From assembly GCA_040954595.2 (NCBI GenBank), contig CM082579.2, positions 5,452,879 to 5,516,878 of the forward strand: DNA of 64,000 nt. The letters run 5' to 3'. Under the pieces are notes generated by a model that had not been told where the DNA came from, ran no database searches, and saw only the letters and a program-made list of their open reading frames with translations. How positions within the stretch are numbered: the first letter of the stretch is position 1; every line of letters starts with the position of its first letter. The DNA comes from Balanoglossus misakiensis (taxonomy: Eukaryota; Animalia; Hemichordata). Position numbers and translations under genes: made by a program. Positions 1 to 14,459 of the stretch are shown piece after piece.

Positions 1-365
1 CACAGGGGAAGGTGATTCAGAGTATATTTTTCAAAGCTGTCCTGCTTCTGCAGGATGACGATCTCCCCCATGTAGGTCTGACACGACAGGCAAGGTTTCA
101 AAGCAGAGTCATTTTGTATAATAAGACTTCTCTGTAGGAGGTTATTATGAGCATAATTTGCAGTAAATAAGTGCTGCGTGAATTGAAGTGAGGTGATTAT
201 TTTACCAAAGTCAGTGCTAAATTTCCCCAGAGAGAGAAATCTCCAGATCACACCATTTGAATATGACCTCATTAAAAATTGTATAAGCTGGATTCAAGTC
301 ATTGTTCTTTCAAATGTGATGTCATTTATACTCACTGTTTTGATGTCTTCATAAATCCAATGCAG

Positions 366-1640
366 CAAAATGTTGAAGAAAAAGGAGAACATGCAATGGA
401 TTTGACAACCGACTTCAACGAGAAAGAAGTACTCCTAGCAAACGCAGAATACCTCAAATACACTCTAGAGGTAAGTGTATTGAATAAATAAATTACAACT
501 CCTCTTCTCTTTTACCACTGTGGCTATAGTGGATGTCAAATCCAAACTATTACTTAGTTCTGCACTGGAAGGGGTATATTTGAAATAGCGCCCTCTATAG
601 ACAATATATATCAAAAATGAGAAAAAATTGTATGTGTGTTTTAAGTTACTGCGTCAATATACTTTTGTTTTTCCCCCTGGTTTTATGTGAACATGTAGTG
701 CAGACCCAAACATTTAAACCTGTTACCCCCATTTCCCTGGATATGAGGATCAGCATTGCCATTGAGTAAGACCACAACATTGTGTTGTTGTTTTTTGGTG
801 ATTTGCAGATGGAGTCCATTGAAGTTGTTTTCTCAGAGGAAGCACAAGATAAAATCAAGGAGGAGTGTTGCCCGGGGAAGCCATTCTCCATGTTTACTTC
901 TAAGGTAGTACCCTCAATAAACCATAAATATCAAAAATAAATCTGTAAATGTTGTTGAGGATTTTCTATAGATCTAAAAAAAACTGACTCAGTGTGATGT
1001 TTTAAAGTTGCCTTGCTATACCTATAAAAATGATACAGTATCATTCAACTGACAGCACTCAAATGTAAATCAACACCTCAACATAAAAAGTCACTGGTGA
1101 TGGGTACATGTATATTTGACTTCTGTTTCTCACATTTCTGTATTTTTCATCACAGCCATCAGTTGATATCCAAGTGAGTAACCCACAAGAATGCAGCGGT
1201 CACTTCTCCATGGTCATACCTGTTGAGGAAGGCGATAACATCAGTAAACTCATCAGCAGAATGTCAAAGCAAGACAGGGCAATCAAAGGTAACAGTAAAG
1301 ATTGCAAGATCAGTAACATTGAAAAGTAGAAATGTTTAGAAATCTGGTGGTCTGAACTCTTGTGCACAGGTTTTTTTTCATGCCATTATATTCCACAGCT
1401 TTAAACAATATATCTGTCATTTTTCCCTCTTCAGATCCCAAGAAGGTGACCTTGCTCCGATTCAACGATCCGGTGATGGGGCCGCGGAAAATCCCACAGT
1501 ATCAGCAACCCGAACTGGGAAGAACAAACCTATCCGACTCAGCGGTGTTTCACATCGACGTAGATAAAAAGAGTGTCAGTGTCACAGATGGTGGAAGTAC
1601 TTTCGATTTGGGGCCGGGTCTTGTCTACACAGTGTCATGA
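366..1640 (+). CDS. LARS1: Cytoplasmic leucyl-tRNA synthetase, last four coding exons (5' part lies outside the window)
   Basis: GT-AG exons 366-470, 809-904, 1156-1288 and 1435-1640 splice in frame to ...DLTTDFNEKEVLLANAEYLKYTLE/MESIEVVFSEEAQDKIKEECCPGKPFSMF...NPQECSGHFS...LLRFNDPVMGPRKIP...LVYTVS*. This follows the metazoan LeuRS C-terminus (human EDCCPGKP, NPQPSNGHF, RFDDPLLGPRRVP). Confidence 0.93.
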
Positions 1641-2949
1641 AAAGAAATGCAGATGCCAGAAAATTAACCAGCACTCAATTGAAAAACACAACTTTATCCA
1701 ATTACCCTCATGCCCTTTGTAATAGTTTATGAAAAGAAAAGTTGTTTTCAGCTTAAAGCAGACATGTAACCAGAACTTCATTCTGATTGGTTGTAAACTT
1801 TCGTCAATTTTGATTTTCTGTAAATTCCATCATTTCAGTGTTTGATGTTTTGGTCACTCTTACTAACTTTTTAAGTTGATGTATTCGGTCAACAGACAGT
1901 GCATATACAGTATTTTTGACGCAACATTACAGGTTTAAGATGGTTTCATGCCTAAGTTTACCAAGAAAATACGAAACTGGAATACAATCCTGATCATATT
2001 ATGAAATTAAAAACAAGCCATGACTAATTATGCTCAATGGGTATGTGGATTTAATCCATTCAATCAGAATGTAGTGACATTATGATGCATTGCGTGCACA
2101 CTTAAATTTTTTTGTCAGCTATCAAGGAAGGAATTTGAACAACGCAGGTGCTTCAGATTTTGATAACTTTCCTGTAAAATGAACTGAATGTTTTAATGTT
2201 AAAGCCAATGCAATTAAAATGGTCCTGTAAAGATGCTAGTACATTGTATGTGTGTAATTTTCTGTTGGTGACGTTTGGGGGCGCTCTTCATCTGCCATAC
2301 TGATTACTGTCAAAATGAATGCTTTCAAAGTGATAAAAGTCTCCACTTCTTTTAATTAATCCAATGATTTGACCCCATGCACTTTGGGGGAAAAACAGGA
2401 TTTACTAGGGAGATGAAGTCCACAAAAAGTTGCCTCAGATCTTAAGCATTTTGGGTAACTGATCTGTGTGTGCTGAGTCAAGACAAGAATGTTGACAGAA
2501 GATGAAGAATTATACTTGCATCCCATTACTTCAGTTTGATATAAAGGATAATGCGTTTGTGTTTAATAGGAAAAACCACTTTCCCTGGGAAGTAGAAGAC
2601 TACTTAATGCCAGGAAAATATCGACAAGGATTAATTAAACCTTTTCTTGTAAAATTTTGCCCACTGAAAGTCCTGCCTTTGACAGCTCTCTGACAATGGA
2701 ATGAACCACAATAACTGTCTGAATTCGCATTACATGTTAAATATTTGTCGGACATGAGTGCAATTATGTTACCATGGTTATGAAGGCAAAAGCCCCAGGC
2801 ACATGTTTAGTAAAGTTCCTTCTAATAGAGAAACTCAGCTTAATGTTAATTGAGCTATATTTTTCATACAAATTCAACAGAACCAAAAAAATCCATTCAT
2901 TTGCTATGATGAATACATGTAGTTTCTATATATGACACAAAATTCATGT

Positions 2950-3306
2950 CCAACAAATATTGGTTTCCACGACAACATTTTCTTGCACGTACAGTCCTTG
3001 CCTTTCACATAATTTCTTACTAGACGTAGCAAGAATTCGTTTATAGTTTAGATCGTTTGATTCTTTTTTTTCAGTGTTTTGTAGTTTCAACGTCTTTACG
3101 TGTAAGTTTTGTGTTTACGCGACTGGCAGTGTTTAGCCAGAGTGCACCTTCGTTGGGAACCTGACCCCCCTATCACCATGCAAATCTTAGTTTCGACCAC
3201 CTTAAATTGATTATGGCGGCCATTCCCAACAATAGTCAGCGAGCGTGAACGGTGGTGTGTACATCGTTCGGAAAGGGGTCTTCAATAGGATTACAGGAGA
3301 GATACC
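2950..3306 (+). promoter_or_regulatory. Candidate distal promoter and non-coding first exon of PPEF
   Basis: CpG-richer segment just after the LARS1 3' region. It has an X-box-like GTTTCCACGACAAC (2963-2976), a YY1-like ATGGCGGC (~3213) and a strong donor CC|GTAAGT at 3307. No coding frame. Confidence 0.4.
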
Positions 3307-3909
3307 GTAAGTAATCATTTGGTTTCTCTGTATAGATTGTGCAGTTTCCCAAACGACATGATCCGGGTGTCATATTGTGGGGGCCCGCTAAATATCCAGG
3401 TTGAAGATATCGAGGTCCTTTAGGTTGTCCTGTACACCAAATTCTTCCATGTATGTTACACGACGACGATGAACGCTACGCACAAATCAATGTTTGGCGA
3501 CTGTCAATAGCAACACGTCGCCAGTGACTGAATCTGTGTAACCCTACAAAACCACTTCCGTACTAGCAATTAACCGTGCCGTTTGCAGGCGGCGTTTTTC
3601 AGAGGGAAAACGAAATTTGAAAACGAAAGTGTCTGCTTGGATTGTTATGTAATCTGTAAACTACCCGTAACTGTGGTGACGGAATATGTAAATGACCCGG
3701 GTACATGTAAATTATACCAGCATTGGATGGCCATGATTTGTAGCAACGCGACTCGAACAAGCCGCCCAAACTTCTGTTTTATGAATTAAACACATACACT
3801 CAAATTCTCAAACTTAAGTTAATGTTTGTTTGTTTTTAAATCCGTTGATGTGCGAAAAATGTATATTGTACTTCTCTTTTCTTCCCTTACAAAAATATTC
3901 TATAGGATT

Positions 3910-3947
3910 ATCTTATAGGACTATCCTATAGGATAGTCTTATAAGAT
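3910..3947. repeat. 38-bp near-perfect palindrome built from ~13-bp TATAGGA units
   Basis: ATCTTATAGGACTATCCTA|TAGGATAGTCTTATAAGAT, 19-bp arms with one mismatch. Confidence 0.8.
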
Positions 3948-6900
3948 TTTGGCACATTTCTTAAAAGAATCCTTTAATTTAAGGGTTCCTGAAGGATTCC
4001 TGTGACCTACTTTCTATTCAGCTGCAGTTTCATGCGCTCATCCGTAGTTTTCCATGCATTGATGATGTCTATGGATGAACTGAGGAGATTGTGCTCAATA
4101 TATGCATGCGTTCTGTTTATAACATATTACTGAACCAGTCGGTGATCAAATGTTTAAAAAATATATCAGTCAAAAAATATTATAAGTGTAAAAAATTTCC
4201 TGCTGCCTGGAAAATTTAGAAGTCAAGTTCACTGTATTGCACTTCAGGGAATGTATCTCTGAGACAAACAATTATACTTACCATGACAATGCTCCAAACC
4301 ATAGCACTGGTCATGTGATCAATAATTATAATTGTCTGGTGGTTTCCATGGTTGTATGTGCATCACTTGCTATGTTGTCGAAATTAACCACTGTTGTTCC
4401 GGACGTGCACGTTCAGTGTTTTACTAGTAAGGTCTCGAGGAAATGTTCAAGGACTTGCAGGTAATCTTGTAAGTGTATTTTGATGCCTTTTTGTGACTTA
4501 ATTTGTCACTGTCTGTCATCTTGCCTTGTATCCAATTAACCACATCTGAGAGCAACAGATCTACAATTTTGGAAGCCTGTAGTGTACTGTACAGTGATTA
4601 CAGTTCCTTTGAATTGCATGGTATGTATGACCCATGGAGTCTTCGATAAAAAATTTAAGGGCATTCAGATAAAATATAATATGAGTATAATGCAGCCACC
4701 TTTGTTGGCAATGCCATGAATAAATGTAGTTGTTGTACCGCTGGGCTTATTGACGTGATAATGATTAATTAATGACTCTGATGAACAGCCGTTATTCACT
4801 TCGGATATTGATTATTCAATTCGAGTATTGATTACTGTGACTGATTTAATTAGATGAGATTTTTATGGTCAGTGAATAAATCAATAAAGAAAATGATTTG
4901 CCCTCTTTGTCTGATTGAGAGATGTAACAGAAAAGTGCTATGTGGAAATGACAGTTTCAATGGATGATAAATGATTCTGCACTAGAGATGTGTGAAAAGC
5001 CTAGCAAATTATTCTCACTATACTTGTACACACTACACTGTTGGCTGGTTGTCATATTAAATATTACATACACAAAACTCATACAAAATATAGTAATATA
5101 ATTGCTGAACTGTTACACATCATACCTTACATCTGATTTTAATCAGATTGATGGTCAAGTGAAACTAGTTATTTTAGCTGGAAATCAACACAAAAGCAAG
5201 ACAGTTTAATAGCTTAAGGCCCTGATGGGTGTGACAGAGGGGGCTTGTAAATCTAGATTCTATGTAGCTTTATAGTCTGTTGAATACAAGGGACCCGTAG
5301 ATCTTAGCTTTAGGTGACATCAATAACATTTATGACCCTGTAAAATAAATCTATTTCAGTTCCTCTTTGTGAGCCTTACATTTGACTCCAGCTGGGGTTT
5401 GGTATTCTTTCTTCTAGAAATATCTGTGCAGACGTGGGAATTTATGTCAGCTCAACCCTGTTTCTGAGAGATTCTCCTCTGGAAGTTTCAGATCAAGGTA
5501 AATGGTATGAATTGTTTGTGATGAATGGAAACAAGGATTTTATGATAACAATACATGACTCAGAATTTCACTAAAACATTTTGTCAGCTCCAAAGTCTAT
5601 CACAAAAAAAATCCCCGTCTATTGCAGCTGCAAAAAATTAAATGGCAACTGGAATTGAAACCACCTGTGATGTAATCACAGTGTGGCAGACATCCAATAC
5701 ATTGACTGCTGTAAGAAATAATCAACCATGAAAAGGTAGAATCTATCATATTTCAAATTACACATAATGAAATGTAGGAATGGTGTCTTGTATTACACTG
5801 CAGATAATCTTTTCAGATATGTTTCTTTCTTTCTGTGTAATTGAGCTATTAGTACTGGTCTTGGCTGTAAAAGCGCCTTAATCAGTGTGTATTTGGGATT
5901 TTTCTCGAGTGTTTGATTTATAATTAGTCAAAAGGTTTCATAACAATAAAAAAGCCAAGCTGTGCCAAAATACGGTAAATTTCAAAAATCAATTCAATGA
6001 AAAAACTCTGTTTAGTGACTACATTAACATATATACCAACCTATACCCAACTAACAAATGAAACTTGCTTGAGTTGACTGCTAGAGTGCTGCTAATATTG
6101 CTACTTGTTTGGTTTTAGTTGTACTCTCATGTAATCATATCAGAACAGCTGCTTATCTAGTAGATGTGTAAATGTTTGTCCTAGAGATACAGTAGTTTAC
6201 AAATAGTAATAGCCATGTGATACCAGGTATCATTCCAAGCAGAGAGATATAGATCTACTGTCTATGCAAGCATATAGTTTAGGAATTGGCAAATCTGCAT
6301 GAATAAATTATATTTCAATTCTTGTAGCCTGCAGACTCTGCTGGCAGATACTAAGAGTGTGATGATGTGTTGTTTAATCAGCCGATTTCTTTTTGTCCTT
6401 CATTGAAATTGGAATGGAAGATGGTGACAACAAGCTGGATTGCACTGTAGCCAATGAGAGCATGTAAATCACTCCATATCCCATGATGCATCTCTGACAA
6501 GACCTATTTAGTGTTTTCCCCGTCATTATTTTATCTTGCTCATTATTATAATTCCAGGTAATTACAGAGATGCTGCCAGCTGTGTAGTGTCTCATTATAT
6601 GCCAGTCCGTCATACACAGATTTGTTCTAGAATGACCAAAAACACAAAGGTGAAACATTCCTGTCTTAATAAACTCTGAAAAATTAGCCTGAAGGAGCTG
6701 CGATTGAAACCTGAAAGAGTTAATTTGTTTTTAGTGGCGCAGACTAAAGGCACACAGTGAACGTTATTAGTAATAACAAAATGCTTTTTAAGAATTCTAA
6801 ATGCCTTGTTGAAATCAATTTTCTTCATGGAACACTGATTTGATAAAAAGTTCAACAGTGGTTTAATGAGCACCTTTCATACCATGACGAGAGCTGGGTA

Positions 6901-7403
6901 ATTATTGCAAAGGTAATTGTGGCAATATCCTGACAAAATTGTACCTAATCAAGCCACAAAATGCATTCTTACAATCCTGATATTTTCCTCCAGGGGCAGT
7001 AGGATAGAACAAGCTTTACTCAATTTACTGGTCCTGATTTTCTGCATGTACATACCGGGTATATGCAGCCGATGTTTCACCCCAGAAGTTGATAATACAT
7101 GTATGTTTGTGTGTATTCATCAGTAGGCTTATTTAAATGCACCTACGTTAGTTTGGAAGTGAAAACGTGAAATTTATGTGAAAACTTTGTATCAGCTTAT
7201 GGGGCTTTAACTGATATGCCGCATGAAAGTGCATGCATCAGACTTTGTGTTCGAGTCACGCCTTATCTTTAACAAGACAAATGCCAAGACTGTGTTAACG
7301 ATGGTACGAAATAGTCAAAGCCTTTATTCTTTTTATTGTATCACACTGGGAATCATCACCAGAGGAGTGGCAGTATGGTGGGATTTTCATGCTGTGACAT
7401 TTA

Positions 7404-7417
7404 GTCGCCATAGCAAC
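7404..7417. promoter_or_regulatory. RFX X-box-like motif
   Basis: GTCGCCATAGCAAC fits the X-box consensus GTNRCCATRGYAAC. Confidence 0.5.
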
Positions 7418-10400
7418 TCAATCCGAGAGTAGAGTACATTGGAAATATTTCTTAGCGGGAGATCACGCTTTCAGTTTGGTGGTTTTTAAAATCATTAAAA
7501 GGATGATAGACTTCTGAGGCAGGATTCAATCGTGATTTATCTTACTTAGTATTTTCTTACTTTATCGAAATACCGTTAGAATGTGATTGGCGCATGCATG
7601 CTAGAAATTTGAGAGATTTCATTGTTGCATTATATCATGCACTTGATATTGCGTGCAATTGTAATTTCAGCAATGTATGTTTTTTTTTTGAACATGTAAT
7701 TATTAATATGTGCGAGACCTACATATACTCCAAGACCATCATTCACACAATAACGCAGCAAATTAAAGTACTTTTAGTAGTTTTATAGGCACCTCAAAGT
7801 GAATTTTGACAACAAATTCTCATTCATTGGTTAAGACACCAATCTTTTCTAATATCATTGCTATTGGTGAGGTATTGACTATCACAGCACGATCTCATCT
7901 TGACTGCTGTTGAATATACATGCAAATTATGCCGATTAGCCCAATCATGTTTTATCCTGGCAAGATCAACGAACCTTGGCATTTGAAATAGTGATTGTCA
8001 TTTACATTCTGGCAGGAAAGAAAAAAAAATAGAAAAACTATAAATAAACATATTTTTAAATGACTACAAAGACAGAATCACATGATGTGGACTTATACTG
8101 TTCTAACCAGTTCCTTTGATTTTCTACTCTTAAATAGTGCACGGTGATTGGAAACCATCTTCGCCTGCCAAGGTCTTGCTCTTTGAAACTTAATTGTTAG
8201 ACTGCGGTCGAACCATAAGACCTGTGCAAGCGGACGATGATTGGAAACAGACTCTGTGTTTGCAGTGTTCAGATAAACATCAGGAAGTGAAATCATTTCA
8301 GATCAGTGTAAACAGAAAAATAAATGTGTGCATCCGATTCAGTTGCTTCTGAAAATTATACTTGTTTTGGGTATTCTTTAAAAACTAATCAAATGTGACA
8401 GTTTATCATCACGGATGAAGGAATTGTCCAAGGCATTTGATTATTAATTATGTATGAATAGAACTGTTGCAGTAGATGCAGTGTCCGAATGGCATACACT
8501 TAGTGCACTTGGGATTGATGTACAGCATTCGTTGGAATGAAGTGATGTATGTTAATACCACAGAGCCTGTTTTTCTCACAGAATTTCTTTATAATTCGTT
8601 CAGTTGATTAATTTTCACTGAAAGATTAAACAGTAAATGCAAACTTAAAGCTTTTTGTCACCTTGATGAAACTCCGATGGGATTATAATCTGGCATGAAG
8701 TGTCAACAAGCATGTTTTTTCTGGAGGATGTTGAGATGCACAGTTCAGGGGCAAAAAGTGTCTCGGGGATTAGTATTTGGCTTACAATTCAATTGCAGCG
8801 CAAGGATGTCGATGCACCAGGGACAAAACTCTCAGCAAAAAGGGGGAAATAAATGTGAGATCCATAATGACTATTTTTGATGATGATATTTTGCCCAAAA
8901 CTTAACTGAATCAACCAAAGCCGTCTTTTCAGCCGTTGTCAAATACAGCCTTGTTTGTCGTAGCATATCCCATTAATGAAACGGGTTCTGTTTAAAATAT
9001 TCTATTGAAATATGAGTTGTTGTGAATGTTTTCCTCAAAGAAAACCTCCATTGGACTGATTGCTTATGCCTTATGCGGTATTACCACATATAGTCATTAG
9101 CGTATGAAGTATTCAATGTGCGAGTATCACAGCCATTATAAGCTGCTCAGATTGTATTATGTTCAAAATGTCATTTCGCTTGTTAAGTGCTTGCAAATGC
9201 TAGTTTTGTCGTCTTCTGAGGTGGAGGTTCGAATTCACTGGGTTGTCTGTCTCATTAATTCTGTCCTGTGTTCGCAGTTCATTGCAAATCATTGAACTCC
9301 CAACTTCTATGCCTATATATGGTCAAAAGGTGTGTCCAAGTCTTTAGATGACCATGTGGCAGGGCGCTTTTTTTCATGTGTGCCACCTACTGAAAATATA
9401 TGATTGGCTATACATGTATATGAATTTACCATGGTAACACTGGTTAAATTTGCATAGGTGACTATTGTCTACAGTGTATCTTTAATGTCCATTTCTTTAC
9501 GTTGATGGGCAGGAGACTGATTCTCAATTATGTTAATATGAAATCTGATATTTTTGTCTAAATCTATCTTGACTGCCTGCTTTGGTCTTTTTTGTAGGCA
9601 TCATATATTTCTGTATTAAGCACCATATACATCACTAAAACTGCCCCTCTTTACCGGTAAACTATACTATTAAGCATGTGTAAAATATACATGTACTTGG
9701 TGACATAAGACGGGTTTGATCATGTAAGCTTTGAGGATTACCACGACAAAGTAATAATACTCAGAATTTCTGCAAAAGTTGTAAATGTCAAAGAGGGAAC
9801 TGATGGCAGTTTTCAATACACATTCGATTGTGTTATTTTACTGTAACTACTGGACTTCTAATGGACAGCATTGTACTCTTCTTGTAACTAGTATAATAGC
9901 CCCAAAGCAGGGTATCCGGTCCATGTATGACAGGGCCTAATGATGACAATAATACCATTTCTGCCTGTAGTGAATGTTCAGTGTATTCATTCAGATGTTC
10001 AGGAACTGATTTCACAGTATATCGACTGATGCAAAGAAGTGTATTAGATATACAGTGATGGAAAATGTCTGAAGATACCCCTTTTGTCTTAAGTTGAAAA
10101 CGTTGCTTGCAAAAACTGTACAGTCAAATAATACAGATTATGAACAGTGCACCTACATACATTGTATGCTTGAGTGATAGCCCTGAGTTGAGAGTGATTT
10201 ATAATGACCTTGTTTTGATGTCAAGGTCGCATTTATTGGAAGAGCCACAGGATTGAGTCAGCGGCATATTTTTATTTCTTTATAGACTGTTCGGTTAGGG
10301 CCAGTTAATACAGTGCGTGCTTCATACAGAACCCGGCCGGTGAGTGTCCTTTAAATAATGAGTTTTGTGAATTTATAAGGTGATGTTTTATTTAAAATCT

Positions 10401-13069
10401 ACAGGCATGGTGTAGTTCGGCTTGGTATTTACAGATGAACTGGAGGCAACATTTCTCTCTGTAATAACTGTATGCATGCATGCATTCATGCTGAGATTTC
10501 AGTTACAGTGGTTTGTATAAACAGAGCATTTCTTATCCTGACACATCCGGTGTTAAACTGGTTTTGTGTTATCATTGGATATTGTGCCACTGCAGTGCAC
10601 TTGCCCTTTCAGCGACAGGGCAAGGCAATATGTACATGCGTTAATTTTACATTCAACTGCCATGAGTTGACTGACCTTCAACTTATCACATCCATCAAAT
10701 GTGAACTGCAGCCATTGTGGGATCTGTGGCGTAGGGTTTGAAACAGCTGTACATGACAGAGAATTCAGGAAGGGTTTTCTTTCTTCCCAACCTTCATGTT
10801 ATCAGAACCTCACATTTTTCCCTTGGCCTTATCAAGATAGTATTTTTAGAAGCTAATAACTTTTCATCGATAGAAACGTAATAATCATGCCAGTCGTACA
10901 TTCTTAGTCAGATAATGTTTTTATCTAAAATATATTCTTTCCACTAAAGAAGAAATATTGTAAACTAGAAAAGAAAAGGAAAGGGAAATAATCTGTTCTG
11001 CTTTTTTGAAAAACAACTTTTATCCACCTGCATACCACACTGATAAAGAACAATCTATTAAAGGAGCATATTACTGACTTTGATTCAAGTTATCTGCGTT
11101 TCAGACTGATATTGCCAGACTGTGATAACACCTATTTCTCACTTCCCTTGAGGGGCTTAAAGAAATTTGCTGTTACTGATTGTCTGAATATATTCCAGAC
11201 ATCATACAGCGATATCATACATATTAAATGTCATCTGTCACTTTGAATAATGACTGACATTTTACAGGGTAAATCAGCCATGATTTGATTTCCAAGAACT
11301 GTATTTTATTCTATCAAAGTTTTGTCTTCATTTTGCACTTCATCAGACTTCAAATGTCGAGGTGTAGCCATTAAGTAAATTGCCTGTGGTTCCTACACTG
11401 ATAACTAATTTTGCTCCCAAAACGGATATTACATGGGGATTGACGACTTATGAAAACTGGATATACTGATGTAATATCTAAATTTTGTCCATGTAAAATT
11501 CAATTATCAAATTTGTCATGTGTGCATGCATGCTTGCTGAGTGTGTCAAGATTTCTTAAACGTTGAGATAATCACATATCCTCTTTTAAGTTTTAATATT
11601 TAAAATGATATTTTGCTGATATCATATTACATACACTTAAGGCACTTTCCTGAAAATATAACTAGTATTGGAGGCAAAGCAGACAACACACGTACAGATA
11701 ACTTAACTTCAAACTATAGCACACATACAGGCAGACACACTGCTTTCTGAGCCAAGCTTATGACGGGCCATTGACTCTTGAAAGTCACTGGTTGGGCAAG
11801 GAAATTATCCATATTACATTTTATATAGGGCTGACACGAAGCTTTTGAAAAGATGCATGTTTGTTTGTAGGGCACGGTGCACTGACGCATATTGCTTGAC
11901 ATATGCATTAAGTCGTCATTTTCACCAACAAAGGTTACCTCGTACAGCTTTTAGGTGAAGATATTGTGTTATATATGTATGCTCAGAGACAACTTGTATG
12001 AGACTGTGAGATACACAGTATAGCAGTACAGAGTTAATATAATATGCAGGGGGGAAAAACGTAAGCCCATGGATCTACAGAAAGAGGATCAGATTTGATA
12101 GATATGTGACCATTAGGGGTGATTATGAAAGGTTATCCACATCAGTCTTGTTCAACCTTGTCCTGTCAGATTTAGCCTCACTATGGTAACATGAAATGTC
12201 AATGACCATAAACAATTTTCAACAAAACACTTATGAATCACTACTGGAATATATTCATTGACTTCAAGTACTTCCAGAAAAGCATTGCGAGTATTCTCCT
12301 GCAAAGTCCTGGAAGTTTGAGTGCATGAACTATAAATAAAGTAGTCCACAGTATGATACAAACAAAAGCCGTGTACTTGACAATGCATTGTTGTTCCCTC
12401 TGTTTGACATTTGGAAAATGACATTTGGGAATTAAATTAAAGTATTCTGTCTGCTGGGATAAACCAGCTATTTGTGCGGTTTGATGTTGGTCACTGAATG
12501 AATTTTAAGATACATTAGCTTTGTTACCTGAGGAGCTGTACACAGTGAACTTGACATTTCGTGTGATGCTATTATTACCCTGTGTGCCAAATTGTGCTTG
12601 CGAGTGTAATTGGATGAATGTTGACTATCAAACTTGCACTGATTGTCATGACAACAGATACACTATTTACTACTAGTGACGATTTCAACTAGTGGGTGTA
12701 CCAGAATAAGTGCAAATTGCAGTGATTAGCACTGACGTAGATGGAGCACGGCTGTGTTGGGATGATTGTCATTGCAAGCACATGATATTCCAACTGAAAA
12801 TGTCAGTCCAATTCCTAAATTTTTCACCATACATTTTGCCTTACCCATGTAGTATTTTTGTCAAGCCTACTTTTCCCATATTTGTAATACAGGTATAGTT
12901 TGGGGAAAACCATGGTGATAGAGGCAACCTTGTTTACTAAATTTTATTTTGCCACATTTAAGTGTGACGGGAAGGAACTCTTCTTGTACATTGTGTATTT
13001 GCAGTAAACAGCTATTTAATACATAATTGTAAAATTTTCTTCCTTTTTTTCTCTCTCTCTGTCACTCAG

Positions 13070-13173
13070 GTGGATCTTTTCATTGGAGACAAGTGTATTT
13101 TCACTAAACATAGTCATTATTATGGCATCTCTGGAAGCACTGAAGATTTGCTGTATGCTGGCACAATGACTAG
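13070..13173 (+). other. Candidate 5'-UTR exon of PPEF
   Basis: A long polypyrimidine tract ends in CTCAG at 13069, and a donor TAG|GTAATT follows at 13174. Only a short ORF lies inside. Confidence 0.35.
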
Positions 13174-13873
13174 GTAATTGTCCACTGAACATTGCAATTT
13201 GCATGTGTGTTTCATGATAAGATCTTCTATCGCAATTCTGATGCATGGCAACATTTTCTAAGAATTAATGCATGCTATTTATATAAACCTGCGTGTATAG
13301 GTATTGTTGTGGACTGTGGGAGATATAGATGGCACATCCATCATGCACTTTTTTTCTGTATCACGTATGGAATCTTTATGTGCAAATCTTGCTATAAAAG
13401 AGATATCATTTCAAATGCATGGGATAAATGTCATAGTATCTGGAAATATTCAGCAGTGCAGTTTATCATTCTGGTGAGTTGTATTCCCATCGGGGAATCG
13501 TTTCTGATTTATTGTTTTTCGGGACTGAACTGTCTGTGGTTTTGTCCTGTCCACATAGCCATTTGCCGCAAACACTCAATCAGTTCTAGCCTATATTTCG
13601 TCGAATTTGTTTATGACACAGCCTTTATTTTGATAATGTACACAGTATATGTAATTTGATTTACAGGTAATTAATTGGGTGTATGAAATATTACAAGAGA
13701 GAGTTGGAGTCTGAGCTTTTCGTCTTCCAGCTATAATGACTACAACCAACAATAGGATCCACTAGTATATAATTGAAAGAACGTGACAGATCCATCAAAG
13801 AAGATAGGAGACTTTGGAGGCATCCACAAACATCAAAGCCCCCTAGGAGTCGACAAATCATGCAGAATATTAT

Positions 13874-13887
13874 GTTTCCATGGCGAC
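13874..13887. promoter_or_regulatory. RFX X-box-like motif ~570 bp upstream of the PPEF ATG
   Basis: GTTTCCATGGCGAC. Confidence 0.5.
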
Positions 13888-14459
13888 GTTGCGGAGAAGT
13901 TGATAACGCCTTCTGGTGGTGAAACTTATCCCCCCTGGTTGGGTGTATTACAGAAGAAAACTGCCCGTCATCTGCCTCGTTTTGGACACTTGTGTGTTTA
14001 TTACCACTGTACAGATTGCATCTTGGTCCATTTGCTGCTGGTGACTATAAGCAGCGGGATTAAAAGTGTGTTTGCTGACTGAATCGTGGGCCCGTCTACT
14101 CGTGGTTGAACAGGGCAGGAGGGAATATTGTAATGAGTTTTGCATGTTTGCATGTCATCCGCAGCCACTCGAAGAGAAAACACAGCGCTGTTTACCCAGC
14201 TTAAGACGCCGCAACCCACCAAATGCCTTAACCTGGACGGAGACCGGTCTGTTCATAAAATAATGCTTTCGACTCAACCGACTGGTGTGGCGGTGGCGGC
14301 AATCGTCTGACTGTGTCTTTCTTTCTGTTGTGTTCGCTGACAGTGCGTCTGCATGGATTCTCGGTGTTGACGCTGTTTTCTCGTTAGTGCATAATCTCCC
14401 GGCGCTGTGGAGCGAGAATAATTGACAGGTGAACGGGCAATTGCAACAGTGACAGAACC

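Noticed and set aside
1700-14200. Many 60-155 aa ORFs in the six-frame track (e.g. 13192-13659)
   Set aside because: Random-like Cys/Phe/Ile-rich composition, often non-ATG starts, no recognisable motifs or consistent exon chain. Treated as UTR, intron or intergenic noise.
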